Source: Spirochaetales bacterium Spiro_03 (lineage in GTDB: Bacteria; Spirochaetota; Spirochaetia; Sphaerochaetales; Sphaerochaetaceae). From it: DNA of 59,466 nt. Below are positions 19,428-28,899 of the stretch, one piece after another. The position numbers were made by a program, and so were the translations under genes. Where the stretch lies: positions 1 through 59,466 of the forward strand of contig LVBE01000036.1 of assembly GCA_001603105.1 (NCBI GenBank), written 5' to 3'. The notes under the pieces were generated by a model. It saw only the letters and a list, made by a program, of their open reading frames with translations, had not been told where the DNA came from and did not search any database. Each line of letters opens with the position of its first letter. The stretch's first letter is position 1.

Positions 19428-20735
19428 ATGAAACGTCTATTGATCATACTCACCATCCTCGCCCTCGCCTTGCCGCTCTTTGCATTTGATTTCTTCTTCG
19501 ATAGCGAAGAGCCGAATCGCAACATCTCCTTCACCTTGGAGGGGGGTGTAAACACCTTCTTCAGCGATGGCGAGCTCGCCCCCTATACCACACTCACCCT
19601 CAAAGCTGAGCAGGATGGCTCAAAGTATCGAGCAATCGCAGATCTCATCTACGACTCGAACCTCAACACGCTCGAGGCACAGGAGCTCTCCGTCTCCCTC
19701 TTCCTCGGCCCCATCACCCTCAAGGCAGGCTTGATGCGCCACAGCTGGGGTACCGCCGATACCGCCCATGTGGTTGATATCGTCAATGGCCGTGATCTGA
19801 GAAGAGGGATAGTCGACGATCTTGAGTTGATGAAACGTCCTGACTGGATGATCACCCTCTCTACCTACGGAGAGAACAGTGCATTCGATATGGTGGTGAA
19901 ACCGGGATTCAATCCGTCACAGATTCCGATGGATGATTCCAAATTCTCCATGCTGGATGACGATATGTTAGCAGAAATCGCAGCTGGAAATATCACTATC
20001 CCAAAATTCCCGGGCACGCACAGCCTACATGACATATCCATTGGTGCGAGATATAGATTCATCTTTGATCCGGTTGATATCGGATTCATATACTACAATG
20101 GATATTTTCATGATCCGGGCTTTTCCATCAAGTTGAAATTCGATCCAGTAAAATTTACTTACGTCCCCGATGCATTAAAGAGTATCCAGTATACCCGCCA
20201 TCAACTTATCGCAATTGCTACCAGCTATTTCTTTGAACCATTTACCTTGGCGGTTGAGGGAGGAGTGTTCCTTAGTGAAGACTCAAAGGGAACAGATCCC
20301 AGTCTTTATAATTCAAAGCTGGTCTACCTTGCGGAGTTGTCCTATACCAATCCGAACAACTCCTTCTTCGCTGCATTGAACTACCAAGGACAGATGGTTC
20401 TCAATTACGATCCGCGACTACTACCCATCCCCATACAATACCTTGACGCGGATCTGCTCGCCTCTTTTGATGGCAAACCCTACCAAAACAACTTCACCCT
20501 TGCTCTTGAGTACCCATTCATGCAGGAGAAGTTGAAAGTTCGGGTAGCTGGGACCTATCAGTTGGAGAGTATGGGCTTCATGGCGCTGGGGTCATTGACC
20601 TATGACCTCGATGACGCCATTGAGGTGTTTGGCAAGTCAACACTGTATGGGACGTTCGATACTAAGCGTCCTGGCCTGTACAACACATGGAAGGATAACA
20701 GCCAGATCCAGGTTGGCGTGAGAGCTTGGTTCTAA
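19428..20735 (+). CDS. Secreted, probable outer-membrane beta-barrel protein
   Basis: Signal peptide (ALPLFA), G...WGTAD..VDIVN motif, alternating beta pattern, C-terminal QVGVRAWF. Confidence 0.7.
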   Translation: MKRLLIILTILALALPLFAFDFFFDSEEPNRNISFTLEGGVNTFFSDGELAPYTTLTLKAEQDGSKYRAIADLIYDSNLNTLEAQELSVSLFLGPITLKAGLMRHSWGTADTAHVVDIVNGRDLRRGIVDDLELMKRPDWMITLSTYGENSAFDMVVKPGFNPSQIPMDDSKFSMLDDDMLAEIAAGNITIPKFPGTHSLHDISIGARYRFIFDPVDIGFIYYNGYFHDPGFSIKLKFDPVKFTYVPDALKSIQYTRHQLIAIATSYFFEPFTLAVEGGVFLSEDSKGTDPSLYNSKLVYLAELSYTNPNNSFFAALNYQGQMVLNYDPRLLPIPIQYLDADLLASFDGKPYQNNFTLALEYPFMQEKLKVRVAGTYQLESMGFMALGSLTYDLDDAIEVFGKSTLYGTFDTKRPGLYNTWKDNSQIQVGVRAWF

Positions 20736-20771
20736 TTGTTCTCTTGTGATAGGATGGCCATGGAGGAATCC

Positions 20772-21686
20772 ATGGCCATCTTATCCGATATCCTGCTCTT
20801 CATCACCACTGCGTTAGTGCTCTCGATCACAATCTTGGGCATCGTCTTGCGCGTGCGGGTAGAAGACCGGTTCACGGGCTCCTTCCTTACCGTCTTTGCC
20901 CCGCTGAGCCTGCAGATGTGCCTGACCCTACTCTCTGTCTATCTTGGGCGGACGCTCAGCGCTGCCAGACTCGCCTCCTTGCCCTATCAAATCTACGCCT
21001 TAGGGGGCACCATCGTCTCGGTGCTACTCACTACCGCCATCCTGCTGATGATGAGCCGTTATCTGATCAAGCTCCTGCCGGCCACCGAAGAGCAAAAGCG
21101 GCTCGGCCACCGCCTTTTGACCCTCTTCATCATCATCTTTTTTCTGATAAGCCTGTGGTGGATCATCGCCAAGAGCGCCGGAGACTGGGTCTATGCCCTC
21201 ACACTGACGATGCACTTCCACTTCTTCGCCGGCTCGATGTTCTTGGTCATCCACGGCATTATCGCCCTCTTGTACATCAAGAAAGCAGCAACATATGAAG
21301 AGGAGCGCCTGCTGAAGGGAATCAGTGCGACATTCTTGCCACTGCTCGTGCTCTTCCCCCTGGATCTCATCTTCTTTCTTGACAGCTCCTTCAAGCTAGT
21401 CTACCTCTCATTTGCCATTCTCTCTGCCTACCTGTACTACTTCATTAGTAGGCGCTACATCCTCACCTACGAACAGGCAGAGATAGTCAATGCCCAGGTG
21501 ATGCGACAGTTTGGCATCAGTGAGCGGGAGGGGGAGATCATCACCCTCTTGGTCGAGGGCCTAAGCAACCAACAGATCGCCAAACAGCTCTATATCTCCC
21601 CCAATACGGTGAAGACCCACATCAAGAATATCTATGCTAAAGTTGGGGTGAACAACCGCCTGCAGCTCTTCAGCCTGTTGAAGTAG
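20772..21686 (+). CDS. Membrane-anchored LuxR-family HTH regulator
   Basis: About 7 TM helices, then ISEREGEII..GLSNQQIAKQLYISPNTVKTHIKNIYAK. GGAGG RBS before ATG 20772. Confidence 0.88.
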   Translation: MAILSDILLFITTALVLSITILGIVLRVRVEDRFTGSFLTVFAPLSLQMCLTLLSVYLGRTLSAARLASLPYQIYALGGTIVSVLLTTAILLMMSRYLIKLLPATEEQKRLGHRLLTLFIIIFFLISLWWIIAKSAGDWVYALTLTMHFHFFAGSMFLVIHGIIALLYIKKAATYEEERLLKGISATFLPLLVLFPLDLIFFLDSSFKLVYLSFAILSAYLYYFISRRYILTYEQAEIVNAQVMRQFGISEREGEIITLLVEGLSNQQIAKQLYISPNTVKTHIKNIYAKVGVNNRLQLFSLLK

Positions 21687-22068
21687 TCAATTCTTTGCAC
21701 GTTTGGCATACACCGGTGAGAAAGAAGGTATGGTCGGTGATGGAGAAGCCGTATTGGCTCTCCCATCGCCTCAGGTCTTCTGCAAGCAGACAAGAGCCGA
21801 CATCGGTGAAGCGATGGCAGACGGTGCAGTGAAACCAATGGCTGTGCGCTGACTTCTCAGTGACCGCGCAGTAATAACGCTCGGTGCCGTGGTCAGTGCA
21901 GTGCAGCACAAAGCTGTCCACGTACCCCTGCTGCTCCAAGTACCTGAGGCTGCGGTAGACCGTTGCCTGGTTGCATGCTATCTGTGGATTGGCTACAAGA
22001 TCGGCGACCGAGAGCGGCTGCACGGCCTCCTTTAGGACAGCAAGCAAGCTTTTTCGCGCCTTGGTCAT
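21670..22068 (-). CDS. Fur-family regulator, probably Zur
   Basis: ATVYRSL, HSHWFHCTVC, GVCQTC. Last gene of the znu-type operon. Confidence 0.88.
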   Translation of the reverse strand: MTKARKSLLAVLKEAVQPLSVADLVANPQIACNQATVYRSLRYLEQQGYVDSFVLHCTDHGTERYYCAVTEKSAHSHWFHCTVCHRFTDVGSCLLAEDLRRWESQYGFSITDHTFFLTGVCQTCKELTTSTG

Positions 22069-22928
22069 GGACGCCTCCGTCGCTTCTTCAGCACATTGGC
22101 AAGGAGCATACTCAGATAGAAGAGGCCAGCGATGACCACCACCATCGCCCCCACAGGAGCATCAAGCGCCCATCCGGCGGCAAGGCCCGCTGTGGAGTAG
22201 ACAAAGGAGTAGAGGGTGGAGACAGCCATCATGGTCGCAAGATTCTTTGCTCCAAACCCAGCAGTTCCTGCCGGAAGCGTCAGCATCGCGATGACCATGA
22301 CGATTCCCACAAAGGTCTGTAGCAGCACAACGGCGATGGCGGTCACCGCCAGGATGGCGAGAAAGACCGCCTGGGTGGGGATGCCACGAACTTGGGCGAA
22401 CTCTTCATCGAAGGCCGTTGCCTCGATTTGGGCATAGTAGCGCCAAATGAGCGCGATGACCGCAACATCGAGGATCAAGAGCAACCACAAATCCTGCGTC
22501 CCGATGAGCAAGATGTTGCCAAACAGATAGCTCGACGGGTCGGAGTAGCCGGGGGTCTTGGCCATGAAGAGCACACCGATTGACATCCCGACCGCCCAGA
22601 TCGCCTGGATGACTGTGTCCTCGCGTTGCTTGGACTTCAGTGAAGCTGTGCCGATGAGCAAGGCGGAGAGCAGGGCGAAGACAATTGCGCCAGCCATCGG
22701 CGAGAGGTTGGGTACAATACCGGTCGCCGAGAGGTAGAGGGCAAGACCGATGCCTCCGAGCACCGCATGACTGATGGCACCGGCCAGACTTGCGATCCGC
22801 TTGACCGTCACCACCGATCCCAACAGGCCAAAGAGGACCGAAGAGAGGGCGCCGGCAACAAAGGCATTGCGCACAAATGGGAAGTCCGGGGAGATCAGGG
22901 CATGGAAGAATGAGATCAGGTTATCCAC
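22065..22928 (-). CDS. Zn/Mn ABC transporter permease (ZnuB-like)
   Basis: AISHAVLGG, YLFGNIL, FDEEFA..RGI, VGIVMVIAMLTLP. GTG start at 22928 with AGGAGG RBS. Confidence 0.92.
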   Translation of the reverse strand: MDNLISFFHALISPDFPFVRNAFVAGALSSVLFGLLGSVVTVKRIASLAGAISHAVLGGIGLALYLSATGIVPNLSPMAGAIVFALLSALLIGTASLKSKQREDTVIQAIWAVGMSIGVLFMAKTPGYSDPSSYLFGNILLIGTQDLWLLLILDVAVIALIWRYYAQIEATAFDEEFAQVRGIPTQAVFLAILAVTAIAVVLLQTFVGIVMVIAMLTLPAGTAGFGAKNLATMMAVSTLYSFVYSTAGLAAGWALDAPVGAMVVVIAGLFYLSMLLANVLKKRRRRP

Positions 22929-23685
22929 GTTGGACCTCCTGCCAGCACTGGTCGGCTGGTATTTCCATCTCATGCAACACTCGCTTGGTCCCATCATCGA
23001 TATCCACAAGCGGATGTTGGATGACAGTTCGTGCCCCATATTCGGTTTTGAGGGCATCGATGCAGAAGACTCGATCAACAAGGGCGGAGACTGTACGCAT
23101 ATCGTGGGTGACGATGAGGATCGTCACATCACCTTTGAGCGTAGCCAGTGTTTCGTAGAGGCGTCGTTCACTGTCACGGTCCATGTTCGCCGTCGGCTCG
23201 TCGAGGATCAACATCGCAGGCCCTCCGACCAAGGCTCGGGCCACCAAGACGCGCCTACGCTGCCCCCCGCTCAGCTCACTGTACGGGCGGTCAGCCAGAC
23301 TCTCCATCTCTACGTGGGAAAGCGCCTTCAGAACCGCTTCATCGGCTCTGTCCGTTCGCCTGAGGCGCCGGTCTACCAGACCCATACGTACCACCTCTCT
23401 CACCGAGATCGGGAAGGAGGGGTCGTAGGAGGCATGCTGGGGTACGTAGCCAACCAAGGTACGGCTACGCTTTGGCATTTGCCCCAGTAGCTCAATGGTC
23501 CCACCACTGGGCTCCTCGAGGCCGAGAATCAGTTTCAGCAGTGTCGTCTTTCCTGACCCATTGGGCCCGACCAATGCGATGAACTCTCCGCTATGGAAGT
23601 GAAACGACACATCACAGAGTACATCGAGGTGTGGATAGGAGAAGGAGACATCGGAAAACTTCAGGGCGATGGGGATATCTTTCAT
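22921..23685 (-). CDS. Zn/Mn ABC transporter ATP-binding protein (ZnuC-like)
   Basis: GPNGSGKT, GYVPQ, LSGGQ, LILDEPT, VTHD. Confidence 0.93.
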   Translation of the reverse strand: MKDIPIALKFSDVSFSYPHLDVLCDVSFHFHSGEFIALVGPNGSGKTTLLKLILGLEEPSGGTIELLGQMPKRSRTLVGYVPQHASYDPSFPISVREVVRMGLVDRRLRRTDRADEAVLKALSHVEMESLADRPYSELSGGQRRRVLVARALVGGPAMLILDEPTANMDRDSERRLYETLATLKGDVTILIVTHDMRTVSALVDRVFCIDALKTEYGARTVIQHPLVDIDDGTKRVLHEMEIPADQCWQEVQRG

Positions 23686-24557
23686 AGCTGCTCCTTCAGT
23701 GCCTGGCCCATCGCCTTGATGTTGGCAAGCCACTCGTAAGCCAAGGGATCGAGGGCGACGACCGTAGCCCCGACTGCCTGAGCTACACGCTGGGCACTGG
23801 CGGCAGGAAACTGCTTTTGCACGAAGATTGTCTTGGCCCCTTCTCTCTTGGCTAGGGTGATGAGGCGTTCAAGATCTTTTGCCGTCGGCTCCTTGCCTCC
23901 AGTCTCCACCGCTTCCTGCACGATGCCAAAGGAGTCAAGGAAGTAGCCAAAGGAGGGGTGGTAGACAAAGACGGTGCTACCCGCCAGTGGGCCCAACTCC
24001 TCTGAGAGGAGGGCGAAGGTTGCATCGATCTCATCGCTGAGGGCGTGTGAGCGACGCTCGATCTCGGCGCGCGCCGGACCATCGACCAGGGCTTTCAACG
24101 CCCTGGTGGTGTTGGAGAGCAATACCTTGGCCTGTTCGTGGCCTAACCAGCTGTGTCGGTCGATGTTGATGCCCTCACTGTCGTGATGGTGCTCATCATC
24201 CTCTTCAAGCGTCCTGAGGACCATCCCCTGCGTGCCGTCGACGATGGCCAAGGCAGGGTAGAGCTTGGCTACCTTGGGCCGAAGGGCCACTTCGAAGTCA
24301 GTGCCACTGAGGATCCACAGCTTCGCCTTGGCAAGGCGGGCCATCTGGGAGGGAGATGGTTCATAGGAGTGGGGGTTCTGTCCCTCTGATACGAGGGTGA
24401 CTGTCTCGACAAAGTCGCCGGCTATGGCCTCGACGAAGAACGCCTGTGGTAGAATCGATACGGCGACGATGGGCTTCGGTGGCCCCTCTTCCTTTGCCCC
24501 ACCTGCAACGAGCAAGGCGGGTAGCAACAGTAGTAGGAACAAAGCGGTAGTACGCAT
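23682..24557 (-). CDS. Zn/Mn ABC transporter substrate-binding protein (ZnuA-like)
   Basis: NPHSYEP, His/acid loop EDDEHHHD, DRHSWL, YHPSFGYF, LDPL. AAGGAG RBS before ATG 24557. Confidence 0.92.
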   Translation of the reverse strand: MRTTALFLLLLLPALLVAGGAKEEGPPKPIVAVSILPQAFFVEAIAGDFVETVTLVSEGQNPHSYEPSPSQMARLAKAKLWILSGTDFEVALRPKVAKLYPALAIVDGTQGMVLRTLEEDDEHHHDSEGINIDRHSWLGHEQAKVLLSNTTRALKALVDGPARAEIERRSHALSDEIDATFALLSEELGPLAGSTVFVYHPSFGYFLDSFGIVQEAVETGGKEPTAKDLERLITLAKREGAKTIFVQKQFPAASAQRVAQAVGATVVALDPLAYEWLANIKAMGQALKEQL

Positions 24558-24600
24558 ACAGTCTCCTTGTGAGCATACAATAGTGAAGGTTGTCAGAATT

Positions 24601-24615
24601 TGCAAGTCATTCGCA
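24601..24615. promoter_or_regulatory. Imperfect 7-1-7 dyad TGCAAGT-C-ATTCGCA, candidate Zur/Fur box
   Basis: TGCnAnT-n-AnTnGCA symmetry with AT-rich flanks, about 45 bp upstream of the znuA-like start. Confidence 0.5.
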
Positions 24616-24683
24616 TTTTTTGCATACAATGAGCCTGATCGCCTCTCTAGCTAGGTCCAGAGTCTATACACTGCTCTTCCTTC

Positions 24684-25223
24684 ATGCTTCAATTGCCCAT
24701 GATCTACGAACACGCACACTACAAACCACAGATTGATCGCAGCTGCTATATTGCCCCCAATGCCGCTGTCATCGGCCAGGTGACGCTAGATGAAGAAGTC
24801 AACATCTGGTACGGGGCGACAGTCCGCGCCGATGTGAACACCATCACCATTGGCAGGCAGACCAATATCCAGGATAACGCAGTGCTGCACGTGACGCGTT
24901 CACATGCATTGACCATCCAAGAGCGTTGCACCATCGGCCACGGCGCGATCGTACACGCCGCTGTCATCGGCGCGGGGTCTCTTGTCGGCATGGGTGCCAT
25001 CATCCTCGACGGTGCTGTCATCGGCGAGCGATCGCTGGTGGCTGCCGGTTCGGTGGTACCACCGAATAAGAGCTACCCTCCCCGCTCCTTGATCCTCGGC
25101 TCTCCTGCTACGGTGGTACGCTCGCTCACTGACGAGGAGATCGAAGAGATCGAAAGAGGGGTCAATGAGTATCTTTTGCTCGCACGGCAGGCAGCTACAG
25201 TTGTCGATACTGGTTCTTATTAG
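24684..25223 (+). CDS. Gamma carbonic anhydrase family (hexapeptide repeat) protein
   Basis: IGQVTL, IWYGATVRAD, TNIQDNAVLH, TIGHGAIVH, GSPA. Confidence 0.92.
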   Translation: MLQLPMIYEHAHYKPQIDRSCYIAPNAAVIGQVTLDEEVNIWYGATVRADVNTITIGRQTNIQDNAVLHVTRSHALTIQERCTIGHGAIVHAAVIGAGSLVGMGAIILDGAVIGERSLVAAGSVVPPNKSYPPRSLILGSPATVVRSLTDEEIEEIERGVNEYLLLARQAATVVDTGSY

Positions 25224-25253
25224 TATACTGACCTCATCAATAGGAGACTGAAT

Positions 25254-25766
25254 ATGTTGAAAGACAGCATCGTTACCCTTATCACCGAGCAGATCAACAA
25301 GGAGCTCTACTCCGCATACCTCTACCTGGATATGGCCAACTTCTACGCCGATCGTGGCTACGACGGCTTTGAGAACTGGTTCAAGGTCCAAGCCAAGGAA
25401 GAGGAGAGCCACGCGATGATCTTGCGCCAGTACCTGATCAACAACGGCCATCGTGTCAAGCTCAGTGCCATCGCCGACCCCAGCAAGGAGTACAAGGACC
25501 TCAAGGAGCCGCTAATCGAGGCCCTCAACCATGAGCAGTACGTGACCGCCTCCATCAACGCAATCTACGAAGAGGCGTTGAAGCAGAAGGATTGGCGCAC
25601 CCAGCAGATGCTCTTCTGGTTCATCGAGGAGCAGGGGGAAGAGGAGGAGAATGCAATGAAGAACATCTCCGACTTCGAGAACTTCGGTGGTGAGAGGGGA
25701 AACCTCTATCCGATGAACAAGGAATTGGCAAGCCGCACGTTCTCCCCACCAACGTTGGAGCTCTAG
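25254..25766 (+). CDS. Non-heme ferritin
   Basis: EQINKELYSAYLY, EEESHA, HEQYVT..IN, WFIEEQGEEE ferroxidase motifs. Confidence 0.93.
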   Translation: MLKDSIVTLITEQINKELYSAYLYLDMANFYADRGYDGFENWFKVQAKEEESHAMILRQYLINNGHRVKLSAIADPSKEYKDLKEPLIEALNHEQYVTASINAIYEEALKQKDWRTQQMLFWFIEEQGEEEENAMKNISDFENFGGERGNLYPMNKELASRTFSPPTLEL

Positions 25767-25777
25767 GATTTGACTGC

Positions 25778-25803
25778 GTGCCCGCTTCCATTGAAGCGGG
25801 CAC
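25778..25803 (+). terminator. Hairpin after ferritin, probable intrinsic terminator
   Basis: GTGCCCGCTTC-CATT-GAAGCGGGCAC, 11-bp perfect stem followed by TGCTTTAT. Confidence 0.65.
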
Positions 25804-25835
25804 TGCTTTATCATGAGCAAAAAGGGAGGCTATCC

Positions 25836-26672
25836 ATGTCTATACGTGCTATCAAGCGGATAACCGGCGGCGCTGTCCAATATGACGGAGCCGGCGTCAA
25901 GTTGGTACGGGTCATCGGACGCGACGATACCGAGCAGTTCGACCCGTTCTTGCTGCTCGACGCCTTCGATGCAGACAACCCCGCTGACTACCTCAAGGGC
26001 TTTCCCTGGCACCCGCACCGGGGCATCGAGACGGTGACCTATCTCATCGAGGGGGAGATCGAGCACGGTGACAGCTTGGGCAATACCGGCACCATCTACG
26101 GCGGCGGGTGTCAGTGGATGACCGCCGGCAGCGGGATCATCCATCAGGAGATGCCTCAGAGCTCGCCCCTCATGCTCGGCACCCAGCTGTGGGTCAATCT
26201 GCCAAAGAAGGACAAGATGACCCACCCGGCCTACCGGGACATCACCGCTGACCAGGTCCCGCTTGTCAAGGAGAAGGGAGTCGAGGTGCGGGTGGTAAGT
26301 GGCTCCTACAAAGGTACCGACGGGCCGGTCTTCGGTGATTATGTAAAGACCCTCTACCTTGATGTGAAGCTCGAGCCCAATGTCGAGTTTGTCTTGGCCC
26401 GCCCCCGTGAGGAGACACTCTTCATCTACATCGTACGTGGCAGCATCCACAGCGATGGACAGCAGGTGCCCTACCATCGGGCTGTGCTCTTCACTTCAGC
26501 AGACGAGCTGCACATCAGAGCCGGATCCGATGGAGCGCGGATCTTCCTCTATAGCGCGCTGCCGCTGAAAGAGCCGATCGCCTGGGCCGGCCCGATCGTG
26601 ATGAATAGCCGAGAGGAGCTCTCCGTTGCCCGAGAGGAGCTCTCCAAAGGAACCTTCATCAAACACAGCTGA
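25836..26672 (+). CDS. Pirin family protein
   Basis: DPFLLLD, GFPWHPHRGIETVTY, QWMTAGSGIIHQE, QLWVNLP, GPIVMN. GGAGG RBS. Confidence 0.94.
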   Translation: MSIRAIKRITGGAVQYDGAGVKLVRVIGRDDTEQFDPFLLLDAFDADNPADYLKGFPWHPHRGIETVTYLIEGEIEHGDSLGNTGTIYGGGCQWMTAGSGIIHQEMPQSSPLMLGTQLWVNLPKKDKMTHPAYRDITADQVPLVKEKGVEVRVVSGSYKGTDGPVFGDYVKTLYLDVKLEPNVEFVLARPREETLFIYIVRGSIHSDGQQVPYHRAVLFTSADELHIRAGSDGARIFLYSALPLKEPIAWAGPIVMNSREELSVAREELSKGTFIKHS

Positions 26673-26920
26673 CCACCATACAGGGTTTCTTTGGTACGGT
26701 CCTCTCTACGAACCCTTGCGCAAGAGCGGCTGGATATGCCGCGTACATGGCCATGAATCTGGATTCAAGCCAATCTTGGTATAGAGCTTATAACGGACAA
26801 GAGACCGATTGGATCCTGCGTTGAGAATAGAATCCTGTATGGGACGTAGCGCTGCTTGGTCAGTATCTGGTAAAAATTCGCCTGATCGTACCATCGCCTC
26901 TTACATAGAATCGAGTTTCG

Positions 26921-26949
26921 TTGACTTTGACCAATGGCGCCACTACGAT
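26921..26949 (+). promoter_or_regulatory. Putative sigma70 promoter of the ABC/LolA-like cassette
   Basis: TTGACT-N17-TACGAT, ending 17 bp before ATG 26967. Confidence 0.55.
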
Positions 26950-26966
26950 GACCATGAGGGGTATCT

Positions 26967-27650
26967 ATGGTCATATTGGATGGCGTGAGCAGGATTTACA
27001 AACATGGGCAGAACATCGTCAGGGCCCTGGACCGGGTGAGCCTTCGGATCGAAGACGGTGAGTTTCTCTCCATCGCCGGGCCCTCAGGTTCGGGCAAGAC
27101 GACGATGCTCAACCTCATCGGCTGCCTCGATGACCTTGATGAGGGTGAGCTCTATATCGATGCCCATCCCGTCGGGGCGATGAGCAGCAAGGAGAAAACC
27201 GCTTTCAGGCGCAACAACCTGGGCTTCATCTTCCAAAGCTACAACCTCATCCCCGTCCTCAGCGCCTTCGAGAATGTCTCATTCGCCTTGGAACTTTTGA
27301 GGATAGATCATACGGCGATCGAGGAGCAGACGTATAGCATCCTCGCTGAAGTCGGCCTATCGGGTCTTGAGGGACGACGGCCACGTGAACTTTCAGCAGG
27401 ACAGCAACAGCGGGTAGCCATCGCCCGTGCTCTGGTAAAGGAGCCCAAGCTCGTCCTCGCCGATGAGCCGACGGCGAACCTCGATTCAAAGACCGGAGAA
27501 GAGATCATCGCCCTCATGAAGGCGATGAATGAGAGGCGGAAAACAACCTTCATCTTCTCCACCCACGATGCGATGGTGATGGAGCATGCGCACCGCCTGG
27601 TCATGCTGCACGACGGCTCGGTTGTCAGTGATGAGCACAGGAGGCGATGA
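26967..27650 (+). CDS. ABC transporter ATP-binding protein (LolD/MacB-like)
   Basis: [46 protein letters not shown]. Confidence 0.94.
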   Translation: MVILDGVSRIYKHGQNIVRALDRVSLRIEDGEFLSIAGPSGSGKTTMLNLIGCLDDLDEGELYIDAHPVGAMSSKEKTAFRRNNLGFIFQSYNLIPVLSAFENVSFALELLRIDHTAIEEQTYSILAEVGLSGLEGRRPRELSAGQQQRVAIARALVKEPKLVLADEPTANLDSKTGEEIIALMKAMNERRKTTFIFSTHDAMVMEHAHRLVMLHDGSVVSDEHRRR

Positions 27651-28891
27651 TGTTCATCGTTGGCCTTGCAGTGAAGAACCTCTCTCGCTATACGCGTCGC
27701 ACCATCATCACCGCCCTAGCCATCGCGGTGGGGATCACCATGTACATCATCGTCGATTCACTGCTGTTGGGCGTAGAACTGGAGTCTGAGCGTAACCTTA
27801 AATGGTATGAGACCGCCTATCTGAGGATCCATACTACTGCGAGCTGGGAGGACCGCCTCTTTCTTCCCCTCGATGACGCTATTGAGGAGCCGCTGCCGAT
27901 CATTGCAATGCTCACCCAACGTGGCTATCGGGCAGTGGGTCGCACCCGCTTCGGCGCCACCTTGATCCTCAACGGCGAAGAGTATGGCGAAGATGGGTAC
28001 ATCCCGGTGATTATAACCGCCATCGGTGAGGATGACGGCCTAGTCTATCGCTTTGGCGAATCACTGGCAAAAGAGCGGTTCTTCGCCCCCGGCGAGATGG
28101 ATGGCCTGGTGTTGGGAAGCTGGCTCGCCGAGGATATCGGAGCGAAGGTCGGCTCGACGATGACCGTCTCGGCCCGAGGCAAGGGCGGCTTCTATGAAGC
28201 CTTCGACGCCCAAGTCGTCGGCTTGGTCAACTGCCCTAACCCCAATGTGAACCGCACCTTGGTGATGATGGATATCCAAGCCGCCGACCAGTACTTGGCC
28301 ATGGAAGGCTCGGTGACGAGCATCGACATCCGTATCCCTGACAAGCTTGACGTTGAGGCGGCACGAAAGCAGATCCAACAACAGCTCGACCCATCGCTCG
28401 TCGTCCTCAGCTGGAAGGACCTTGCCCAGGACTACCTCGCCCTCGTCTCCGCCAAGCAGGGAGGAAGCTACATGATCCTCGCCCTGATCTTCATCATCGC
28501 CGCGGTGGGCATCTCCAACACGATGCTCATGGCGATGTATGAGCGTAGTGGAGAGATTGCCATGATGCGGGCCATCGGGATGGGAACGGGACCTCTCTGG
28601 GCCGCCTTCCTCCTGGAAGCCGGCCTCATCGGACTATTGGGATCGGTCATCGGCTCGTTATTCGCATTCGTAGCCAATCTCTACCTCGTAGAGATCGGCG
28701 CCGATTTTTCCTTCATGCTGCGCAACGTGGACATGGGCTTTCGGATCAGCGGGGTGATGTACGGCGCCTGGAGCCTGGCCTCCTTCATCATCGCCGGCAT
28801 CGCAGCGGTGGCCTTGAGCATGCTCGGGGCGGTGTTGCCCATCCGACGGGCGTTGAAGGGCTCGGTTGTCCGTACGCTCGGACGGCAGTAG
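27647..28891 (+). CDS. FtsX/LolC-E-like ABC permease
   Basis: KNLSRYTRR..., periplasmic domain, [21 protein letters not shown]. Confidence 0.9.
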   Translation: MMFIVGLAVKNLSRYTRRTIITALAIAVGITMYIIVDSLLLGVELESERNLKWYETAYLRIHTTASWEDRLFLPLDDAIEEPLPIIAMLTQRGYRAVGRTRFGATLILNGEEYGEDGYIPVIITAIGEDDGLVYRFGESLAKERFFAPGEMDGLVLGSWLAEDIGAKVGSTMTVSARGKGGFYEAFDAQVVGLVNCPNPNVNRTLVMMDIQAADQYLAMEGSVTSIDIRIPDKLDVEAARKQIQQQLDPSLVVLSWKDLAQDYLALVSAKQGGSYMILALIFIIAAVGISNTMLMAMYERSGEIAMMRAIGMGTGPLWAAFLLEAGLIGLLGSVIGSLFAFVANLYLVEIGADFSFMLRNVDMGFRISGVMYGAWSLASFIIAGIAAVALSMLGAVLPIRRALKGSVVRTLGRQ

Positions 28892-28899
28892 GAGCGAAG

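Noticed and set aside
26609-26645. Direct repeat CCGAGAGGAGCTCTCC x2 at the pirin 3' end
   Set aside because: An in-frame duplication encoding REELS twice. Only two copies, so not a CRISPR or att site.
26673-26920. Longest intergenic stretch, with small ORFs and short dyads
   Set aside because: No recognisable riboswitch, sRNA or protein motif by eye. An Rfam/BLASTX search would be needed.
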